A stretch of DNA of 64,000 bases from a virus. Lineage: Duplodnaviria > Caudoviricetes. The notes under the pieces are model-generated. The model saw only the letters and a program-made list of their open reading frames with translations. It did no database searches and was not told where the DNA came from. The translations under genes were made by a program, and so were the position numbers. The stretch's first letter is position 1. The number at the start of each line of letters is the position of its first letter. Positions 1 to 8,200 of this stretch are shown here, piece by piece. Where the stretch lies: positions 5,141 through 69,140 of the IMG/VR virus record IMGVR_UViG_3300042363_001075, one strand, 5' to 3'.

Positions 1-1790
1 ATCCACTACTACCTGAAGAACCTGCACTTCCACTACTTCCGCTTGATCCCGTTGTTCCGCTAGTCCCTGAACTTCCGCTTGATCCCGTTGTTCCGCTAGA
101 CCCCGAACTCCCACTTGTACCAGTTGACCCTGAAGATCCACTAGACCCTGCAGATCCTGAACTACCTGTACTACCGCTTGATCCCGATGTTCCTGACGAA
201 CCGCTAGTTCCTGTTGATCCTGAACTACCACTTGATCCTGAAGAACCTCCTGATCCAGAAGTACCACTACTTCCACTTGAACCTGCACTACCGCTAGATC
301 CCGATGTTCCTGTAGAACCTGATGTTCCACTACTTCCGCTAGTTCCTGTTGATCCTGAAGATCCGCTAGAACCTGAACTACCACTTGATCCTCTTGTACC
401 AGAAGTTCCTGATGAACCGCTTGTACCTGATGTTCCACTCGATCCGCTAGTTCCTGTTGAACCTGAAGAACCACTTGATCCTGCACTACCGCTAGAACCA
501 GATGTTCCACTACTTCCACTTGTACCTGTCGATCCTGATGAACCACTAGACCCCGCACTACCGCTTGATCCTCCTGTTCCCGATGTCCCTGAAGATCCAC
601 TAGACCCTGCAGATCCTGAACTACCACTTGATCCGGAAGTACCACTACTTCCACTTGTACCTGTAGAACCTGAGCTACCGCTAGATCCCGATGATCCAGC
701 ACTTCCTGATGTTCCTGTCGACCCTGAACTACCACTAGTTCCTGTTGATCCTGCACTACCACTACTTCCACTAGTACCTGTAGATCCGCTAGATCCCGAT
801 GTTCCTGTTGATCCTGAACTTCCACTAGAACCTGAAGATCCGCTAGATCCTCTCGTTCCTGAAGTACCACTACTACCTGATGTTCCGCTTGTTCCCGAAC
901 TTCCACTAGTTCCTGTCGAACCTGATGATCCGCTTGATCCTCCACTACCGCTAGATCCCGATGTACCTGTTGATCCTGAAGATCCTGAACTACCCGCACT
1001 TCCACTTGACCCTGAAGAACCACTTGTACCTGAGCTTCCACTACTACCTGACGATCCTGCACTTCCGCTTGATCCAGATGATCCACTTGTACCTGTAGAA
1101 CCTGAACTACCTGATGAACCGCTTGATCCACCTGTACCTGAAGTACCACTACTTCCGCTCGTACCTGTAGATCCTGAAGACCCACTTGATCCGGCACTAC
1201 CACTTGATCCTGATGTTCCCGTTGAACCTGAAGTTCCACTTGTTCCTGATGTCCCTGACGAACCGCTAGTACCAGTACTTCCACTTGAACCTGCAGATCC
1301 TGAACTACCTGACGATCCCGAGCTACCGCTAGATCCTGATGTTCCTGTTGACCCTGAAGATCCCGAACTTCCGCTCGAACCTGCAGATCCTGAAGAACCA
1401 CTTGTACCTGATGTTCCTGAAGAACCACTTGATCCTGCACTTCCGCTTGTTCCTGATGTCCCTGAAGAACCGCTAGTTCCTGTTGACCCACTACTACCTG
1501 AAGAACCAGCACTACCTGAAGATCCGCTTGATCCTGATGTTCCCGTTGATCCTGATGAACCCGAACTTCCACTTGATCCTCTCGTTCCTGAAGTACCACT
1601 ACTTCCGCTAGTTCCTGTTGAACCACTTGAACCTGAACTACCACTAGAACCCGCACTTCCGCTTGTTCCTGATGTACCGCTAGTCCCTGAAGAACCACTC
1701 GTACCTGTACTTCCACTACTACCTGATGTACCACTTGAACCTGAACTTCCTGAGGAACCACTACTTCCTGAAGAACCTGATGTTCCTGAA
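1..1790 (-). repeat. 9-nt-period coding repeat (Gly-X-Y, Ser/Thr, Asp-free)
   Basis: Continuous cctga/ccact/ccgct units; Gly every third codon. Confidence 0.95.
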
Positions 1791-2110
1791 TTTCCACCTA
1801 TGTCCCAATTAGCCCCGTCACTTTGAACGGAGATGGATCCATATTGTAATAATGTTTTAGTTGAAGTTCCGTCTATTGTTTGACCACCTGTAGTTGCGAC
1901 GGTAATTGTACCTGAACCACTATTTTTAATAACAAAGATTTGACCTGTATTTCCTACTGAAGTAGGTAGAGTTACGGTAAAAGTTCCGCTCGTACAGTCA
2001 ACCAAGTAATTATCAAAGTTGACGGTATAAGTCGTGCTTACCGCAGTATAAGGAAAATTAATTCCCCCTAAAGATTTGAACCCATTACGGGCTATAAATT
2101 CGTTTGCCAT
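1..2110 (-). CDS. Gly-X-Y Ser/Thr repeat fibre-like protein (partial, runs off left edge; not in ORF track)
   Basis: Hand translation from ATG at 2110: MANEFIARNGFKSLGGINFPYTAVSTTYTVNFDNYLVDCTSGTFTVTLPT...GQIFVIKNSGSGTITV...TIDG...SDGANWDIGGNSG. This tail-fibre-like beta module is followed by G-S-S/G-T-S/G-S-A triplets to position 1, with no stop seen. Confidence 0.85.
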   Translation of the reverse strand, partial: MANEFIARNGFKSLGGINFPYTAVSTTYTVNFDNYLVDCTSGTFTVTLPTSVGNTGQIFVIKNSGSGTITVATTGGQTIDGTSTKTLLQYGSISVQSDGANWDIGGNSGTSGSSGSSGSSGSSGSSGTSGSSGSTGTSGSSGTSGTSGTSGSAGSSGSSGSSGSTGTSGSSGTSGTRGSSGSSGSSGSTGTSGSSGSSGSAGSSGSSGSTGTSGSSGTSGTSGSAGSSGSSGTSGTSGSSGSAGSSGSSGSSGSTGTSGSSGSSGSSGSSGSAGSSGSTGTSGSSGTSGTSGTSGSTGTSGSSGSAGSSGSSGSTGTSGSSGTSGTGGSSGSSGSSGSTGTSGSSGSSGSAGSSGSSGSSGTSGSSGSSGSAGSSGSSGSTGTSGSSGSGGSSGSSGSTGTSGSSGTSGTSGSSGTSGTRGSSGSSGSSGSSGSTGTSGSSGSTGTSGSSGSAGSTGTSGSSGSTGTSGSAGSSGSSGSSGSTGTSGSSGTSGSSGSSGSAGSSGSSGTSGTGGSSGSAGSSGSSGSTGTSGSSGTSGSSGSAGSSGSSGSTGTSGSSGTSGTSGSSGTSGTRGSSGSSGSSGSSGSTGTSGSSGTSGSTGTSGSSGSAGSSGSSGTSGSGGSSGSSGSSGSTGTSGSSGTSGSSGSTGSSGSAGSSGSSGSTGTSGSSGSSGTTGSSGSSGTSGTTGSSGSSGSAGSSGSSG

Positions 2111-2157
2111 GTAGTTTTTCTTTTTTCCCTATCCAAAAGAAAATTTATGTTTTATAG

Positions 2158-2165
2158 ATAAATAC
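2158..2165 (-). promoter_or_regulatory. Putative late promoter box GTATTTAT
   Basis: 47 nt upstream of ATG 2110; same motif precedes many late genes. Confidence 0.55.
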
Positions 2166-2187
2166 TCCCCAATTATAGTTTGGGGAG
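2165..2187 (-). terminator. Hairpin after giant repeat gene (possible terminator or processing site)
   Basis: CTCCCCAA-7nt-TTGGGGAG perfect 8-bp stem; weak U-tract. Confidence 0.45.
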
Positions 2188-2216
2188 AAATTTTAAAAAA
2201 TAAATAAGATTTGATT

Positions 2217-5200
2217 TTAGAAGATAATTCTAGTCGCAACTAAGATGTCCCAAGTACCCGCATTTATCTTAGCAAATAGGTTAACAAAACCACCTGAGAC
2301 TGTCATATCCCATTTAAGACCCGCGGTTGATGCATTTAAATCGGGTGAAGAAACATCCGTGAAAGTAACTCCACCACTATCCCAAGTAGAATAAACTTGA
2401 CCCATTCTTTTTGCCCCACCGTTTTCAGTAATACAGTATTCAAAAAAGGCCGCACATCCAAAATCAGGTGTAAACTTATCCACAAGTACTGTTATATTTT
2501 GATTGTTTAACGATACCGTATTAACCTTATCGTAACTGACCGTTAATGTTAATACATTATCAACGGCATTATAAGTAAAGTTAGTTTCTGCGTTAATACC
2601 ACCAGCACCATCTGAAGTTAAAATATCGTTATCAGCACCTGGTACTGTTGGTGAAACACCACTTGTACCTGCAGATCCGCTAGTTCCTGATGTACCACTT
2701 GATCCGCTAGTTCCTGAAGATCCTGAACTACCGCTAGAACCTGAACTACCACTTGACCCTGAAGATCCACTAGTACCTGAACTTCCTGATGTACCGCTAG
2801 TACCTGAACTTCCTGATGTACCATTAGATCCTGATGTCCCGCTTGTACCTGAACTACCGCTTGACCCGCTGGTACCCGATGAACCTGATGTTCCACTTGT
2901 TCCCGATGTTCCGCTTGTTCCTGAACTTCCGCTTGATCCTGCAGATCCACTAGATCCAGAAGATCCTGATGATCCACTACTTCCTGATGTTCCTGTGCTT
3001 CCTGAAGAACCTGAACTACCGCTTGATCCTGCACTTCCGCTAGAACCTGATGTTCCACTTGTACCCGAACTACCGCTAGTTCCTGTAGAACCACTCGATC
3101 CCGAAGACCCTGAAGAACCGCTAGATCCCGCACTTCCACTTGTTCCTGTTGATCCTGAAGAACCTGAACTACCGCTAGATCCTGATGTACCTGTACTACC
3201 ACTTGAACCACTTGAACCTGAACTTCCTGAAGAACCGCCACTACCACTTGATCCTGATGTTCCTGAAGTACCACTACTTCCACTTGTACCTGTAGAACCT
3301 GACGATCCCGATGATCCTGAACTTCCTGAAGAACCTGAACTACCTGCAGATCCTGAAGATCCACTTGTACCTGTTGAACCTGAAGAACCTGAAGAACCAC
3401 TTGAACCTGAAGATCCAGAACTTCCTGATGTTCCACTACTTCCGCTTGTACCCGTTGAACCTGAAGAACCGCTAGACCCTGAACTACCTGATGAACCACT
3501 ACTTCCACTTGACCCCGCAGATCCTGATGTCCCACTAGTTCCTGATGATCCCGAACTTCCGCTTGTCCCTGATGTTCCGCTAGTTCCACTTGTTCCTGAA
3601 GATCCCGCACTTCCACTAGTACCTGAAGTACCCGATGAACCGCTTGACCCTGCAGATCCACTACTTCCGCTAGTTCCTGTTAAGCCTGAACTTCCTGAAG
3701 ATCCGGAAGAACCTGAACTACCGCTAGACCCTGAACTACCTGATGTACCACTTGATCCAGCACTACCACTAGTTCCACTTGTTCCTGATGAACCTGATGT
3801 TCCTGTTGATCCGCTACTACCACTTGAACCTGAACTACCGCTTGAACCTGTAGTCCCTGATGTACCACTTGATCCACTAGTCCCTGTTGAACCTGAAGAT
3901 CCACTACTACCACTTGATCCTGCACTTCCGCTAGACCCTGATGTTCCTGTTGAACCGCTACTTCCACTAGTACCTGATGTTCCTGCGCTTCCGCTAGACC
4001 CACTTGTTCCTGAAGAACCTGATGTTCCGCTACTACCTGATGTACCACTTGATCCTGAACTTCCTGATGTACCTGAAGAACCGCTTGTTCCTGTTGAACC
4101 GCTACTTCCACTAGTACCTGATGTTCCTGCACTTCCGCTAGACCCACTTGTTCCTGAAGAACCTGATGTCCCTGTTGATCCGCTACTACCTGATGTACCA
4201 CTTGATCCTGCACTTCCGCTAGAACCTGAGCTTCCTGAAGAACCACTTGATCCTGATGTACCTGTTGATCCACTACTTCCACTTGAGCCGGCAGATCCTG
4301 ATGTACCACTTGTTCCTGAACTACCGCTTGTACCCGTTGAACCGCTTGACCCTGAAGAACCACTTGTTCCTGATGATCCTGATGTTCCTGTTGATCCGCT
4401 ACTACCACTTGATCCAGTACTTCCGCTAGATCCTGATGTACCTGAAGAACCACTTGATCCTGCAGATCCTGATGTTCCTGTGCTACCACTACTTCCACTT
4501 GAACCGCTACTTCCTGAAGATCCCGCACTTCCGCTTGTACCTGAAGAACCTGATGTTCCTGAAGAACCGCTAGTTCCTGTTGATCCACTACTACCTGAAG
4601 ATCCTGCACTACCGCTTGATCCCGCAGATCCTGAAGTACCACTTGATCCCGCACTTCCGCTAGACCCCGATGTACCTGTTGATCCTGATGTTCCACTACT
4701 TCCTGAAGATCCCGCACTTCCACTTGAACCTGATGTTCCCGATGTTCCTGATGAACCACTACTTCCTGAACTACCCGCAGAACCGCTTGAACCTGAAGAT
4801 CCACTTGAACCTGCACTTCCGCTAGTTCCTGTTGAACCACTACTTCCTGAAGATCCAGCACTTCCGCTAGACCCACTTGTTCCTGTTGTTCCGCTACTTC
4901 CGCTAGTTCCGCTTGAACCTGATGATCCTGTAGAACCACTTGATCCTGATGATCCTGCACTACCGCTAGACCCTGATGTTCCACTTGTTCCCGAACTTCC
5001 ACTTGTTCCTGAAGATCCGCTTGATCCGGCAGAACCTGAACTACCTGATGTTCCTGAAGAACCACTAGTTCCTGTTGATCCTGAACTACCACTTGTACCT
5101 GCAGATCCAGATGTTCCACTTGATCCCGCAGATCCGCTAGTACCTGTCGATCCTGAACTTCCTGAAGACCCACTAGATCCCGAAGAACCTGATGTCCCAC

Positions 5201-8200
5201 TTGTTCCTGAACTACCACTTGACCCTGCGCTTCCGCTAGATCCTGATGAACCGCTTGTACCCGCACTTCCTGATGTTCCTGTAGAACCACTACTTCCACT
5301 AGATCCTGCAGACCCACTGCTCCCACTAGATCCTGCAGACCCTGATGTCCCTGATGTACCGCTTGTTCCTGAACTTCCACTTGTTCCTGTTGAACCTGAC
5401 GATCCCGAACTACCCGCAGAACCACTACTTCCGCTTGTTCCTGTACTACCGCTACTTCCTGATGATCCTGAAGAACCGCTAGATCCTGCAGAACCACTAC
5501 TTCCGCTTGTTCCTGTACTACCGCTACTTCCACTTGTTCCTGAAGAACCACTCGAACCTGATGTCCCACTTGATCCGCTAGTCCCCGTTGAACCTGAAGA
5601 TCCACTTGATCCCGCAGAACCTGATGTCCCACTTGATCCGCTAGTCCCCGTTGAACCTGAAGAACCTGAACTACCTGAAGAACCACTTGTTCCTGTAGTA
5701 CCGCTTGTCCCTGATGAACCTGATGATCCACTACTTCCACTACTTCCTGATGTTCCGCTAGTTCCTGAAGAACCACTAGTACCTGAAGTACCCGATGAAC
5801 CGCTTGTACCACTAGTCCCTGATGAACCGCTTGACCCCGCAGATCCGCTAGTTCCTGATGAACCATCTGTTCCGCTTGTACCGGCACTTCCACTTGTACC
5901 TGATGAACCGCTTGATCCTGAACTTCCACTTGATCCTGAAGAACCACTTGACCCTGCGGATCCTGAACTACCACTTGAACCTGATGTACCTGTTGAACCT
6001 GATGTACCGCTCGATCCTGAAGATCCAGAACTTCCTGATGAACCATCTGTTCCACTTGTACCCGCACTACCGCTAGTTCCTGTAGAACCACTTGATCCCG
6101 CACTACCGCTAGAACCTGTTGTACCACTTGAACCTGAACTTCCTGAAGAACCGCTACTACCACTTGTACCTGATGAACCATCCGTCCCACTTGTTCCCGA
6201 ACTTCCACTTGTTCCTGTTGATCCTGATGTTCCTGAAGATCCGCTAGTTCCTGCAGAACCTGCACTTCCTGAAGAACCGCTTGACCCTGATGTTCCTGTT
6301 GATCCGCTACTACCACTTGTACCTGATGAACCGCTTGTACCATCAGTACCGCTAGTACCTGAAGATCCACTTGTTCCGTCTGTTCCTGAAGTTCCGCTTG
6401 AACCTGAAGTTCCTGTTGAACCTGAGCTACCTGAAGATCCTGATGACCCACTACTACCACTTGATCCTGTACTTCCGCTAGATCCTGATGTTCCACTCGA
6501 ACCCGAGCTACCGCTAGTCCCCGATGAACCGCTTGTTCCATCTGTACCACTAGTCCCTGAACTTCCTGAAGTACCTGAGCTACCACTAGTTCCTGATGAA
6601 CCAGATGTTCCGCTTGAACCTGAGCTACCACTACTCCCACTTGATCCCGATGAACCACTAGTACCATCAGTTCCTGAAGTTCCGCTAGACCCTGAGGATC
6701 CACTTGTTCCACTACTTCCTGATGTACCATCTGTTCCTGAAGTTCCACTTGTACCGCTAGACCCTGATGTACCATCTGTTCCTGAAGTTCCACTAGATCC
6801 GGCACTTCCTGAAGTACCGTCTACACCTGAAAGACCTGAGGTTCCATCCGTTCCACTAGTCCCTGAAGACCCACTTGTTCCGTCTGTTCCTGAAGTTCCG
6901 CTTGAACCTGAAGTTCCATCTGTACCACTTGAACCTGATGTTCCATCTGTACCACTAGATCCTGAAGTTCCGTCAGTACCTGAAGTCCCTGAAGATCCGC
7001 TTGAACCATCAGTACCGCTAGTTCCTGAAGATCCACTTGAACCATCAGTACCGCTTGTACCACTACTACCTGAAGTTCCATCTGTTCCGCTTGTTCCTGA
7101 AGAGCCTGAAGTTCCATCTGTTCCGCTTGTTCCTGAAGAGCCACTTGTTCCATCTGTTCCGCTAGTTCCGCTTGACCCTGAAGTTCCGTCAGTACCTGAA
7201 GTACCGCTAGACCCTGAAGTTCCGTCTGTTCCGCTTGTTCCTGAAGACCCACTTGTTCCGTCTGTTCCGCTTGTTCCTGAAGACCCACTTGTTCCTGAAG
7301 ACCCACTTGTTCCGCTTGAACCAGAAGTTCCATCTGTTCCGCTCGTACCGCTTGAACCTGAAGTTCCATCTGTACCTGATGTACCGCTAGACCCTGAAGT
7401 CCCTGAAGAGCCGCTTGTTCCATCAGTACCACTTGTTCCTGATGAACCTGAAGATCCACTTGTTCCGTCTGTACCACTTGTACCTGAAGAACCTGAAGTT
7501 CCGTCTGTACCGCTAGTTCCTGATGATCCTGATGATCCGTCCGTACCTGAAGTTCCACTTGAACCTGAAGTTCCGTCTGTCCCACTAGTTCCGCTTGATC
7601 CCGAACTACCTGATGATCCATCTGTTCCACTTGTGCCTGAAGACCCGTCAGTCCCTGATGTCCCTGAAGATCCGTCCGTACCGCTTGTTCCATCAGTACC
7701 GCTTGATCCTGAACTACCGTCTGTACCTGATGTGCCGCTTGATCCTGATGAACCATCTGTTCCCGAAGTACCGGAACTACCATCAGTACCACTTGTACCT
7801 GAAGAACCACTACTACCGTCTGTCCCTGAAGTTCCGCTTGTTCCTGAAGAACCTGAAGTCCCATCTGTTCCGCTAGTTCCCGATGAACCGCTTGAACCTG
7901 AAGACCCATCAGTACCTGAAGTACCGCTAGAACCAGAAGTTCCATCAGTACCTGAAGTACCGCTAGACCCATCTGTTCCACTAGTTCCGCTCGAACCTGA
8001 AGATCCGTCTGTACCTGAAGTCCCTGAAGAACCACTGCTACCATCTGTTCCTGAAGTTCCACTAGACCCATCTGTCCCACTAGTACCACTACTACCCGAA
8101 GAACCGTCAGTACCGCTAGTCCCTGAAGATCCGCTTGTCCCATCAGTACCACTTGTTCCTGATGAACCTGAAGTTCCTGAAGATCCACTTGTTCCGTCTG

